A stretch of 64,000 nt of DNA from Eledone cirrhosa (GCA_964016885.1 OZ024742.1:114762001-114826000), one strand, 5' to 3'. Positions 1-14,021 are shown, counted from the first letter of the stretch. A program made the numbers and translations. The notes: generated from the sequence alone by a model not told the origin.

Positions 1-1298
1 CTCCTAGTTAAGAACCTAAATAACCAGAGCATAGAAAGACTCCGTAAGAATATTAGAAAGACTCTCGGAAAACAAGGCCTTAGCATAACGTATGAGTATA
101 GAACTAAAATAGTTAAATATTTTGACGCGGCGCTTAACCTAAATACGGGACTTATAAGAACTTTTCACAAGATTAATCAAAACTTAGCATACATCAGCTG
201 TAACTCAAACCACCCACTATCCATAATTAAATCCATTCCACGCAGCATATCCCTTAGGATCTCCCGCCACTCGTCTAACCGACACATCTTCGAGGAACAT
301 GCAGAATACTACAATACCGCACTAGACAAGGCAGGCCACTTAGATAGAGTAGAATATATAGATGAGAGCCTCCGCAAAGCGCACACGAACACGCATAACA
401 CAAAGTCCAGAAACACACGCAAACACGCATTTACGCATAGAACTACAAAGTATACGGCAAATAGAAATACAACATCGAAATCAAACAAGTCACGCAGTAG
501 AAATTATATTTGGTATAACCCCATATTTAACACCTCTATTAGTACTAACCTACCCTCTACCTTCTTTGGAATAATAAATAAGCACTTTTCAGATTCACAT
601 AGATACAGCAAAATCCTTAACACTAAATCTATTAGACTATCTTACTCCACGGCACCAAATATAGAGGCACACATTAAGATGCTTAACGCTAAAAAGATAC
701 ATAACAACACCAAAACGCAAATTTACAACAATAACAATACAATCACCACCGAACACAACAGAATATCTAATACACAACCACCCGCTAATAGGCAAACAAA
801 ACATAACACACTTGTACAGGCATCACAGCCCACCAATAATGCCAACGTTGCCCATGATAAGAATTGTAACTGCCATCTACCTGAAACCTGTCCATTACAT
901 AATGAATGTATGCAGTCTAACCTGGTTTACCAATGCACAGTAGAATGAGACAACCAGAAATGGTATTACATTGTAGCGACTGGGAATACATTTAAAGACC
1001 GTTGGTATACACACCGCTACGCAATCAAATATTCCCAACATCGTTATGAAACTACCCTTGCAAACAAGACCTGGAAACTGAGGGAAAGTAACCACCAATA
1101 CACTCTGAAGTTGAACAAATTATCAAACGCGCCCCCATATCAGAGTGGTATGAGAAGCTGTCGATTATGTGACCTTGAGCTGTCCACATATTGAGTTCGA
1201 AGAATAAGTTACTCAACAATAAAATCGAAAGATCAATTCATTGTAACCATAGACTCCAAGAAAACTTTTTGCACTACAAGTGCAAATCAAACCCTTAA
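1..1298 (+). mobile_element. Penelope-like retroelement (Naiad/Chlamys-like), RT thumb plus GIY-YIG endonuclease, 5' end outside window, decayed
   Basis: Frame 1 is open from 1 to 945 and reads ...YISCNSNHPLSIIKSIP...RSRNYIWYNPIFN...IRLSYSTAPNI...CNCHLPETCPLHNECMQSNLVYQC. After TGA at 946-948 it continues WYYIVATGNTFKDRWYTH...CRLCDLE. After a frameshift near 1185 it reads LLNNKIERSIHCNH and stops at 1296-1298. These motifs are typical of PLE RT-C/GIY-YIG regions. Confidence 0.85.
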
Positions 1299-2220
1299 CC
1301 TCTTACTACCACTTGTCAAACTGCTTATAATTTGACTTTCTACCCTCTTATTGTATCTGACCCCTTTAATTACCCACAAAAACCAATACCTATGTCCCTT
1401 CCTTCTCCTTCATTCCTTTTCTATTTTTTTGCTTTTCTTCCTTTCTTCTCTCCCCGTTTTGGCTATCTTTTTTCTTCTCCCCCCCCTCCTTCTTTAATTT
1501 TAGTTTTATTTTTATTTTTTTATATATATATTTATCCCTCTATATCTCCCCCTCTCCCTCCTTCTCTCTCCCTCCATCCTTCCCACTATAAACCATTTAA
1601 TTCTCTTTAAGTAACTGCAATCTAAATCGACGACATGAAGTCTACGTATCAAAACTGATCAAGGAATCGTTCTACCTCTACCCCTCCCTCCATCTCAGTT
1701 TGTCAGTCTACTTCCTAACTCTTCTCCCACTTATTCTCTGTCTATCCTATTCCGTTTGTCGCCCCACTTTCTAAATCCTCTCCTCTCTATCTATACCAGT
1801 AAATACAATTCCAAAAATATGTTTTTCTCTATTTATTAAGAATTTTTCAAGAGTAACTTACTCACATTTTAGAAAATTTGGAGGTGAACAACATTTATCA
1901 TTGGTGGCTGCTATTTGCAGTATAGCAATATAAGGTAGCACCTACCAATGAAACAGTCGTAAATACCGGGATAAAATGCTTTTCTTAATGTTAACCTGTG
2001 TTTTCTCTTTCATACTTTATACTCCAAGATTGAACGGAAGTCTTACAAACTTGTGGAGTTACCCCTAACCGTACGTTGAAACCCTAATGAAACTGGATTT
2101 CTTAACCACAAACTGGATCACAGTAAGCATTTTCCTGCTTCCCTAACTATATATATATATATATATATGCATAAGGAAAGTATATACTTTCAAACGTTCA
2201 ATCATCTGGCAGGAAGGTAT

Positions 2221-2263
2221 ACGATGCTGGCGATAGCTAATAAGCTTGAAACTAGTTCATCGT
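2221..2263 (+). ncRNA. Minimal type I hammerhead ribozyme, family A copy 1 (core CTGGCGA, mutated)
   Basis: ACGATG-CTGGCGA-tAGCTaataAGCTt-GAAA-CTAG-TT-CATCGT. Confidence 0.7.
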
Positions 2264-2650
2264 TCCTCTGTCAGTGTTGAACAAAAGGGCAACGAAGGTT
2301 GCCGGGTACTATACGGCTTAATTCGGGCTGTTTGTTTACAAAAAAACGAACATTATAATAAATGTTCCGTAAACCCATACGTACATATACATATATGTGT
2401 GCATGTATGTATATATATACATACTACTGTACGTCTGTATACATATTTGTATGTACGTATACATACTTACATTTAAGTATCAGCCGTACTAAGAGTTAGA
2501 AATGAAATTTCTTTTCATTCTTTTCCATTTATCGTTTTCGGTACGCCCGGCCGACTAACTCACTCGATATGCAAATTAGGCTGCTCAGCCGTTAATATGC
2601 ACAAGGAAAGTATATACTTTCAAACATTCAATCATCTGACAGGAAAGTAT

Positions 2651-2693
2651 ACGATGCTGATGATAGCTAATAAGCTTGAAACTAGTTCATCGT
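2651..2693 (+). ncRNA. Minimal type I hammerhead ribozyme, family A copy 2 (canonical core)
   Basis: Stem I ACGATG/CATCGT, core CTGATGA, stem II AGCT/AGCT, GAAA, palindromic stem III CTAG, cleavage triplet GUU. Confidence 0.85.
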
Positions 2694-2839
2694 TCATTTG
2701 TCAGTGTTCAACCAAAGGGTGACGATGGTTGCCGAACACCGTACGGCTTAATTCGGGCTGTTTGTTTACAAACAAACCGAACATTATAATAGATGATCGG
2801 TAAACCCATACGTACAAATATATATGTGTGGTTGTATGT

Positions 2840-2938
<99 letters not shown>

Positions 2939-3043
2939 CTACTGTACGTCTGTATACATATATGTATGTACGTATACATACTTACATTTAAGTATCAGCC
3001 GTTCTAAGAGTGACAAATAAAATTTCATTCTCTCTCTCTCTCA

Positions 3044-3162
<119 letters not shown>

Positions 3163-3164
3163 CT

Positions 3165-4080
3165 TTAACAGAGAAAGCTTTAAGCAATACTCCGACAGGC
3201 TTCGTTCTCACTAAACAAACATTAGGCTATACCTTAGTATAATCCCAATTATACGTTTGGCTTGCTAACTATACGTATTTTGCGGATAGCCAGTTGTATT
3301 ATGTTATATGAGACATCATTAAAATGCATCTCTCTTTCCAAACGATCGTTTCATTATAGGTTTTCTACAAATTGGGAAAATAATGTCAAGGTTATGTAGA
3401 AGCGTACACATAGTCCGTAGGAATATATGTAGGTGGGCACTTATAAATCATCAGTGGATGCCCGATAAATATCGATAAAAAAAACCTTACCGATATTAAT
3501 GTTCAGCGATGGTAGCCGCCGTGCCAGAATGACCGCCATATTTGAAATTCCAGCAGTCTCACAATGAGAAATATCACACTTCCATCAAGCGGAAGGGGGA
3601 TGTCATCGCAAAACATAAAAAAATAAAATAATATGCACGCGGGTCAATTAATTCTTTCAATAAGTTTAACCATGCGTGAAGAACACAATTGGATATAAAA
3701 AATAAATATATGCATGTATTATTTATACACGCATACAGGTATTTTCTTAGGCTAAAAACAGAGATAAGATACCGGAAGAACAATCAATATTTCATACAAA
3801 GAATAAATACGGAAAGTCATACCTAAAATGTATCTGGAAATATTCATCCCTGGCCAAATCAAAGTATAATATTTAATACATTAACAGAGAAAGCTTTAAG
3901 CAATACTCCGACCGGCTTCCGTCTCACTCAACAAACATTAGGATATACCTTAGTATAATCCCAATTATACGATTGGGGTGCTAACTATACGTATTTTGCG
4001 GATAGCCAGTAGTATTATTTTATATGAGACATAATTAAAATACATCTCTCTTTCCAAACGATCATTTCATTATAAGTTTT
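3165..4080 (-). repeat. Partial tandem non-coding element with a 716-bp period containing a hammerhead (family B)
   Basis: 3165-3364 is repeated at 3881-4080. It is bounded by (GA)n and (TA)n. Confidence 0.8.
3337..3458 (-). ncRNA. Type I hammerhead ribozyme with a greatly extended stem II (family B)
   Basis: Minus strand reads TCCA-CTGATGA-tTTATA...(long insert)...TATAAt-GAAA-CGATCG-TT-TGGA. Stem I is TCCA/TGGA and stem III is the palindrome CGATCG. Confidence 0.7.
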
Positions 4081-4096
4081 ATATATATATATATAC

Positions 4097-4682
4097 ACAG
4101 CTACAAAACCAAACAAACTAAATTGACTCATCATTTACATTTACATAAATCTATATTCTTATATATTTGAAACCACGTGTTTACGAATTTGTGTGTACAT
4201 TTTCCTTTAACTACACATTATTATATACTTTCGTCTTTTCATTAATTTCAAACAACCAAATAACCAGAATATATTTATATTTATATACTCATATTTATAT
4301 ATACACTTCTCACTCACACAAAAGAAAAAAAACAAGTATATTGAAATATTTAACTAAAACACACCCACACACACACATTCAAACACAGAAACTCAAAACT
4401 AGAATGACTAACAAGCAAAAATCCAAACATGCTTCTTGTCTGAACGAAATTGCTAAACGTACAGTTCACCTTTTGAAAACCCGATCTGAACAACAGATTC
4501 AAAATAAATTAAAGCAAATCGAAGTTGCTTTTAAATTAATCAATACACATTTGGATAAACTACGGTGTGTTTTTTCTTCGGACGCTATCCAACAGCACCA
4601 GACATTATCGGCACAGCAACAACAACGGCAGCAACAACAGCTACAACAACAACATCAACAACAACAAACACAACAACAACAG

Positions 4683-4713
<31 letters not shown>

Positions 4714-7700
4714 GGCAACAACAACTACAACAACAGTGTGAACCACTCCTTGATTCATCAACAATGGCCGATCTACTAAATGGAATTATTGACCTCCCAG
4801 TAGCCACTGTCTCACAACAGGAAATGCCTCTTCCTTTCTCTGCCCCAGCAGTCCAATCATCACCACTGCCAACATCTCCTCTGCCTACTACTACTACATA
4901 TTTTCCTACTGCTATCTCAAGGAATTTACCTCCTAATACCGGTACAAGAACTCTCCCTCCTTCAGCCCACAAAGGTCGTCAAAACGTACTCAAACTATCA
5001 TCTACACCTCTCACAACACACACACACACACACACATACCCACCCACTCGAAACCTCATCATTTGCCGCTACTCTGTATGCTATAGGATATGTACGGCTA
5101 GTGGCTGCAAATTCACCCATTTACCTAGGACAAAACGGTATGTACCCACAAACACAGCCACCGCCATAATACATACTCTAATTTAACACCAATATCTCAA
5201 ACAAGGAATCCATAAATCTGCCGCTTTTCCCAGCGAAACAGATTCTGTTTACACCGGGATTGTCCCTTTACCCATCTCCCGGGGACTCGCCGGACAAATG
5301 AAAATAAAAATAAAAATAAAAATAAAAATAAAAATAAAAATAAAAATAAAAGCAAAAACAAAAACCATAGCCTACATAAAAATAACCACTACCACAGTCA
5401 CCAACAGTCCCCTAAACAAAATTTCTTCCTCTTTTTTAGCCATAATGAATCTGGCAAATGAACTGGAAAAAAACATTCGAGCTATCACCCAGCACCACCC
5501 TCCACTATCACCCCACTGCACAAACTTCCATTGCTGCCATTAACAAGCAAACAATTTAACAACACACCAAAACAATTAAAACCATCCACTCTTGCCTCAA
5601 TATTTTTGCTTAACGCCCAAGGCATCAGCCCTTCCACTAATACTAAAAAATGGAAGATCAAATTCCGGTAGGACTGGGTTGGTGTCCATCGAAACCACAT
5701 CCATGTCTTCGTCCTCACTGAAACCCATCTCAGTAACCTCCACTAGGAAGCCGAGGTGAAAGTGAAAAATGTCAAAGCCATCCGTGCTGATCGCGCTGGC
5801 AGAAGAAAGGTGGGTCTGCCATTTATGTCCATAATTCTTTCTCAACAGAGGCTATGAACATATTTTCTAATGGATACTGCGAAGCAGTCACTGTATTCAG
5901 TCAAACCAACAACCTAATAGTAGTTGGGCTCTATAGGTCACCTCAAACGCCTCTACCATGCTTCAAGGAATGCCTCAACGGCATAAAGTGTTCCATCCAA
6001 GAGTGTCACCCTGACAACATCTTAATGTTGGGGGACTTCAACATCCGAAGAGTTGACTTGTCCACAAACAGCCTGCCACCAGGTTCTTCTGCCTCAACCT
6101 CTGATTGGGAAACAGTGGAATCGCGTCTTGACTTCATGGATGATTTATTCCTGTCCCAACTGGTGCTCGAACCAACGAGGTGCCATAAAAACGTCCTAGA
6201 CTTAATTTCCAGCAATCACACTAACACTATCCACAATATTGCAGTGGAGAAAACTCTACTCTCTGACCATGACATGGTTCTCTGTGATCTGAGATTCCAC
6301 CGTCCAATATACAAACCCAATGTCATCTCTCCTGTCCATCCGTTTGACGCTATGGATTTCCAGAATGCAAACTGGGAAGCGATCAGTCATGATCTTGAAC
6401 ATGTCGACTGGTCCTTCACGCACACTCACACGCCCACTAACATCAAAAAGTCCCGGCAGACATTTGTGGACACTGTTACAAATATATGTGCAAAACACAC
6501 CAATTAAGAACTATAAAGAAATCTACGAGCAGAATCCCTAGAAATAGAAAAACGCTCATCAGAAAAATTAAGAGAACAAAAAAATCAACAAGCTGAAATA
6601 CTGTCAGCTGCAACACACCAACTTGACTGCCAGTTCATCACTAGAGATTAAAAAATATAACCTCCAAAACAATATGATGTCTATCATCAACAATCAGAGA
6701 AGAGCTGAAGGGGCCTGGACCATTAGAAGATCACACTCAATCCCAAAGTGTTCTTTTCATTTGCAAAAAAACACAAAATCACTGGCTCTACTGTTGGCCC
6801 GTTAATTGATGAAAATGGCACTCTTCAAGACAATGCTAAAACCATGGGTGAGATACTGCAGAAAAGATACTGCTCTGTTTTCAGCAATCTTGATATGGCT
6901 GATCTGGGCTGTATCGGCGATGTTACTCCCCATTACACATAACGTTTGGCGCCCCTGATGTCTTAGCGGCAATAAAGGAAATCAAGCATAATTCAGCAGT
7001 AGTTCCCGATAGGTTCCCTGCTTGTGTCTTGAAGGCGTGTCAACACCAACTTGCATCTCCTCCTGCCAATCTGTGGCGGAACTCACTGGATGCTGGATAT
7101 GTACCAGAAAACCTTCTATCCCAGTATGTTGTCCCAGTTTTCAAAAAAGGAAACAAATCCCTTGCCGTTGATTACCGTCCAATCTCACTCACCTCTCATA
7201 TCATTAAGGTATTTGAGAGAGTGGTGAGATCGCGAATGACTCACTTCCTTGAGAGTAACAATATGCTGAACTCGAACCAGCATGGATTCCGTAATGGAAA
7301 GGATTGCCTGACGCAGCTACTGCATCACTTTGATGACATTTTGAGAGCCTTGGGACAGGGTTCCAACACTGATATTATCTACCTTGAATTCAGTAAGGCC
7401 TTTGACAGGGTTGATCACAACATTCTACTGAGAAAGCTGTCCAATATTGGTGTCACTGGAAAGCTGCTGCAGTGGATCAAGTGCTTCCTGTCAAGCAGAA
7501 CCAACCTAACATGTTGTAGTCGAAGGAGTCAAATCTAGCCGATACAATGTCAGTAGTAGGGTCCCACAAGGCACTGCGTTGAGCCCACTTCTCTTTATCA
7601 TCTATATTAATGACATCACTGACATCATCAAACACAGCAACATTAGAATGTTCGCTGATGATTCGAGGCGCCAGAAGGTTATAAATGGCGTGGATGACCG

Positions 7701-8574
7701 GATAAGCCCCCTCAATCAAACCTACTGGATGTTACCCAATGGACGGAAAAGAACAACATATTACTGAACGAAGACAAATTCGAACCGATCCCCTTTGGTG
7801 AAACTCTCGTGGCATCTAACAGCATAAAAGACTTGGGAGTAACTGTAGACAACAACATAATCTGGGCCACGCATATAAGCAGCAAAGTTGACATGGCCCG
7901 CAGAATGTGTTCCTGGATCCTCAGATCCTTCCAGTCGAGTGATTCCCACACTATTATCCTTCTCTTCTCCACTTTTTCCCGACCACACCTTGAATACTGT
8001 TGTCCACTGTGATCTCCCCACACGAAACAAAGTCTCATGAAACTTGAAGCTCCCCAAAGGGCAATCACGAAAAAGATAGATGGCATGTCAGACCTTGACT
8101 ACTGGAGTCGACTAGAAAATCTGAAACTTTACCCACTCCAACGTCGCCGTGAGCGTTATACTATCTGCATGATGTGGAACATGTTTCATCAGCACTGCCA
8201 AAATGATGTTGGCATCACCTTCAAAATACACCCAAGGCTTGGGCCTCGTGCTATCCGTTCCAAATAAAAATCTAAATCGCAAATCATAACAACAATACAG
8301 CACAGTTATTTCACCTCAATTGGCCTTGCTCTCTTCAACATCCCACCAGGACACGTCAAAACAGAAACTGACCACACAAAAGTCAAGAAGTCTTTGGACA
8401 AATTCCTCCAAGTAATCCCGGACAAACCACCAAAACCCGGATATGTCTCAGCAAACAGTAATTACTTTCTCGAATGGGCCATGGTGCCAAAATCCTGAAT
8501 TGAAAGACTTCGCCAGGTGGTGCTATTAAGCTAGACATGCCCTCGGCCAATACTGGCTAAAAGATTACAAAGTT

Positions 8575-8575
<1 letters not shown>
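4097..8575 (+). mobile_element. Near full-length CR1/L2-group LINE, decayed (ORF1-like region, APE endonuclease, RT)
   Basis: APE motifs VGLYRSP, MLGDFN and SDHDMV (5854-6507). RT motifs YRPISLTSHIIKVFE, QHGFR, FSKAFDRVDH and FADD. C-terminal RPHLEYCCPL and LQRRRERY. Several frameshifts are present, and (TA)n lies on both sides. Confidence 0.9.
4403..5186 (+). CDS. Putative LINE ORF1 protein (coiled-coil, poly-Q, CCCH-like motif)
   Basis: ATG at about 4403 (MTNKQKSK) lies upstream of the APE-RT ORF. It has a CAA/CAG poly-Q tract and CRYSVCYRICTASGCKFTH (C-x8-C-x4-C-x3-H). Confidence 0.5.
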
Positions 8576-9218
<643 letters not shown>

Positions 9219-9302
9219 AAACATTGATGAGCAGAACAAACAAACATTAAACAATCCTTCAAATAAATTAAAAAATAATTTAAATATCGACCTGTTCATA
9301 AT

Positions 9303-9382
9303 GCTATTACCGGCGGTTTCCATCCACAAAAGATTGGAAATTCGGAGAATTTCCAACGGAAAGTAGATTTCTTCAGATAGCT
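9303..9382 (-). ncRNA. Type I hammerhead ribozyme with an extended stem II (family C)
   Basis: Minus strand reads GCTAT-CTGAAGA-aaATCTAC..TTGGAAATTC tcc GAATTTCCAA..GTGGATg-GAAA-CCGCCGG-TA-ATAGC. It has a perfect 5-bp stem I, a canonical core and a GUA site. It is enclosed by ~35-bp inverted repeats at about 9224-9258 and 9411-9444. Confidence 0.8.
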
Positions 9383-9600
9383 ATTTCCATTCCATACGAC
9401 ATTTATTTAAAGGATTGTTTAATGTTTGTTTGTTCTGCTCATCACTTTTTATAGTTCTGGTATCTCGAATTAGTACCATAGAACAACAATTATATTGTAG
9501 ACACCCTATATATCTCAGTGTGTACTTAGTGCTCAATGAGATATGTACCTCATTTATATATATATATATATATATACATATATATACATATGTATATATA

Positions 9601-9678
<78 letters not shown>

Positions 9679-9679
9679 C

Positions 9680-9726
<47 letters not shown>

Positions 9727-9769
9727 CATATATATATATATATATATATTTATAAATACATATATATAC

Positions 9770-9856
<87 letters not shown>

Positions 9857-9858
<2 letters not shown>

Positions 9859-11839
9859 AAAAAATCAACAAGCTGAAATACTGTCAGCAGCAACACATAA
9901 ACTTGACTGACATTTCATCACTAGAGATTAAAAAACATAACCTCCAAAACAATATGATGTCTATCATCAACAATCAGAGAAGAGCTGAAGATGCCTGGGC
10001 CATTGAGAAGATCAAACTCAATCCAAAGTGTTCTTTTCATTTGCAAAAAAAACACAAAATCACTGGCTCTACTGTTGGCCCTCTAATTGATAAAAATGGC
10101 ACTCTTCAAAACAATGCTAAAACCATGGGTGAGATACTGCAGCAAAAATACTGCTGTTTTCAGCAATCCTGATATGGCCGATCTGGGTTGTATCGGCGAT
10201 GTTACTCCCCATTACACCTTATCGGACATAACGTTTGGTGCCCCTGATTTCTTAGCGGCAATAAAGGAAATCAAGCATAATTCAGCAGTAGGTCCCGATA
10301 GGTTCTCTGCTTGTCTTGAAGGCGTGTCAACACCAACTTGCATCTCCTCTTGCCAATCCGTGGCGGAACTCACTAGATGCTGGATATGTGCCAGAAAACC
10401 TTCTATCCCTGTCTGTTGTCCCAGTTTTCAAAAAAGGAAACAAATCCCTTGCCGTTAATTACCGTCCAATCTCACTCACCTCTCATAACATTAAGATATT
10501 TGAGAGAGTGGTGAGATCGCGAATGACTCACTTCATTGAGAGTAACAATATGCTGAACTCCAACCAGCATGGATTCCGTAATGGAAGGGATTGCATGACG
10601 CAGCTACTGCATCATTTTGTTGACATTTTGAGAGCCTTGGGACAGGGTTCCAACACTGATGTTATCTACCTTGATTTCAGCAAGGCCTTTGACAGGGTTG
10701 ATCATAACATTCTACTGAGAAAGCTGTCCAATATTGGTGTCACTGGAAAGCTGCTGCAGTGGATCAAGAGCTTCCTGTCAAACAGAACCCAACATGTTGT
10801 AGTCGAAGGAGTCAAATGCAGCCCAGTGAAAGTCAGTAGTGGGGTCCGACAAGGCACTGTGTTGGGCCCACTTCTCTTCATCAACTATATTAATGACATC
10901 ACTGACATCATCAAACACAGCAACATTAGCATTTTCGCTGATGATTCCAAGCTCCAAAAGGTCATCAATGGCGTGAATGAGCAGATAAGCCTTCAGTCAG
11001 ACCTACTGGCTGTTACCCAATAGGCGGAAAAGAACAAAATGTTACTGAACGAAGACAAATTCGAACCGATCCACTTTGGAAAAGAGGATGCTCCGAAATT
11101 CCCGTACTCCCTTCTCTCCGCTGAAACTCTCGTGGCATCTAACAGCATCAGAGACTTGGGAGTAACCGTGGACAGCAACATAAGCTGGGCCACGCATATA
11201 AGCAGCAAAGTTGACATGGCCCGCAGAATGTGTTCCTGGATCCTCAGAACATTCCAGTCGAGAGGTTCCCACACCGTTATCATTCTCTTCTCTACTTTTG
11301 CCCGACCACACCTTGAATACTGTTGTCCACTGTGATCTCCCCACACGAAACAAAGTCTCTTGAAACTTGAAGCTCCCCAAAGGGCAATCACGAAAAAGAT
11401 AGATGGCATATCAGACCTTGACTACTGGAGTCGCCGTGAGTGTTATATTATCTGCATGGTGTGGAAAATGTTTCATCAGCACTGCTCAAATGATGTTGGC
11501 ATCACCTTCAAAATACACCCAAGGCTTGGGCCCCGTGCTATCCGTCCCAAACAAAAATCTAAATCGCAAAACATAACAACAATACGGCACAATTATTTCA
11601 CCTCAATTGGCCCTGCTCTCTTCAACATCACGCCAGGACACGTCAAAACAGAAACTGACCACGCAAAATTCAAGAAGTCTTTGGACAAATTCCTCCAAGA
11701 AATCCCGGACAAACCACCCACACCTGGATATGTCTCCGCAAACAGTAATTCTCTTATCGAATAGGCCATGGTGGTGCTATTAAGTTAGACATGGCCTGGG
11801 CCAATACTGGCCAAAACATTTCAGATTTATTCAAAGCTT

Positions 11840-11841
<2 letters not shown>
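9857..11841 (+). mobile_element. 5'-truncated second copy of the CR1/L2-group LINE (RT and 3' end)
   Basis: Highly similar to 6577-8570. RT ORF 10316-11023 contains YLDFSKAFD, GVRQGTVLGP and FADD. It is flanked by (TA)n. Confidence 0.92.
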
Positions 11842-11916
<75 letters not shown>

Positions 11917-12378
11917 TAAAACGTGTCTATAGAATCATCAGTTAAAATATATGCCATTTCCTCTCCCAATTAGCATAATTAACCATATAAAAAAACGATT
12001 AGACCAAACTATAAGAATAAAGGCTTCTATGAAGAAATCTCCGACAAATAACCGAAAGCAGCCCTTCGCGGCGGTTCTGAGGGAATATTTATCGAGTATT
12101 TCGACACCGTGTATAAATCGACCAGACATACAGTCAACCAAACAGAACTAGGTGTAAAATAAACCAAGAGAAAAGTGAACATATTTAGTTACCTCTACCG
12201 CATTTTAAGTTATCCGACAACATTGGACATCTGGAGCACCGGACTTTCAGGAGTCAGCTCAAATTTAGACAATTAAATTTTCAAAGTGTTCGCGCCAAGA
12301 ATACATTTAAAACTGGCTAAGAATCGTGACGTAACAGCGGTCAAGTTAGAAAGTGTCCCGTTGCAAAACACGCACATA

Positions 12379-12454
<76 letters not shown>

Positions 12455-12455
12455 C

Positions 12456-13306
12456 AAGTTAATATAAATTAATATATGATAAACACCTAAGTGTTTGTAT
12501 TGTAAAAGACAAAAGTTAGCTAGAATGACACAAACTAATTCAAATTAATATAGCCTGCGCAATCGATTTAAAAAGTAATAAATAAATATACACAAACTTA
12601 TATTGGCAAATAGCCGTGGTACCGAGACAAATTTAAATTTCAAAATTCAAACCTTTTCCGCAGATCAATCTGAACCTCAAAATCCAAATAATGTTTCGCA
12701 AACGATGGTATAAAAGTGAAATATTCAATTTTCTGTGCTTATCAATAGGTACCCAGAAAAATTAGCTTTCTTCACCTCGAAAAAATTCTGAAGGTCTGGT
12801 TTACGAGAACAAACGCACGAGGTTTTGCAGTCGGTTCTTCCAGATCACTAGCTCTCTCATACTCATGGCGCTAGAAATAACAGCCGTTTATATGGGATTA
12901 AAGATTAGCTCAACCGAGGGAGCAGTAATATATTATATTTAGAGTATACACTCAAAGAGTCATTTACAATTAATTAGCTCAAAGAAAGAAGCATTTCCGA
13001 GCAGTGTAATAGAAGTTAATATAAATCAACACCTAAGTGTTTGTATTGTAAAAGAGAAAAGTTAGCTAAAATGAAACAAACTAATTCAAATTAATATAAC
13101 CTGCCGGTATCGATTTAAAAAAAGAATAAATCAATATACACAAACTTATATTGGCAAATAGCCGTGGTACCTAGACAAATTTAAATTTCAAAATTCAAAC
13201 CTTTTCCGCAGATCAATCTGAACCACAAAATCCAAATAATGTTTCGCAAACGTGGTACAAAAGTGAAATAATAAATTTTCTGTGCTTATCAATAGATACC
13301 CAGAAA
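12456..13306. repeat. Partial tandem non-coding element (~300-bp direct repeats, ~547-bp period) between (TA)n tracts
   Basis: 12456-12760 is repeated at about 13013-13306. Confidence 0.85.
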
Positions 13307-13333
13307 AAAAAAAATATATATATTTATATATAT

Positions 13334-13495
<162 letters not shown>

Positions 13496-13510
13496 GTTTA
13501 TATATATACA

Positions 13511-13541
<31 letters not shown>

Positions 13542-13556
13542 GTTTATATATATACA

Positions 13557-13609
<53 letters not shown>

Positions 13610-13637
13610 TTTTATATATATACATATATATATATAT

Positions 13638-13684
<47 letters not shown>

Positions 13685-13709
13685 TATATATATACATATA
13701 TATATATAT

Positions 13710-13753
<44 letters not shown>

Positions 13754-13828
13754 GAGCGTTGTATGAGGGAGTCATAACAACAGTGGTAGCAGCAAAACGG
13801 ATATCAAAATAATATGTCACGGTCATTC

Positions 13829-13868
<40 letters not shown>

Positions 13869-13949
13869 TCCCACAGTCACTCTATCTGTATGACCGAGAG
13901 TAGTATGAGGTAGTCATAAAAACAGTGGTAACAGCAAAACGCGTATCGA

Positions 13950-14021
<72 letters not shown>

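Larger units (their letters stand above)
2166..3030 (+). repeat. Non-coding tandem element with a 430-bp period carrying hammerhead ribozymes (family A; retrozyme or PLE pLTR-like)
   Basis: 2166-2596 is repeated from 2597, and identical motifs lie exactly 430 bp apart. It is flanked by (TA)n and (TC)n. The same family recurs at 61527-62215. Confidence 0.85.

Noticed and set aside
946-948. In-frame TGA in the Naiad-like PLE as a selenocysteine codon (some Naiads encode selenoproteins)
   Set aside because: The TGA is not at an evident conserved Cys position, the conserved Cys codons are TGT/TGC, the copy has a downstream frameshift, and I could not identify a SECIS.
13762-13956. ~55-bp direct repeat about 142 bp apart, containing AAAACGCGTA (resembles GAAA-CGCG-TA)
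   Set aside because: No CTGANGA half or stem I could be built. The duplication is real but uninformative.
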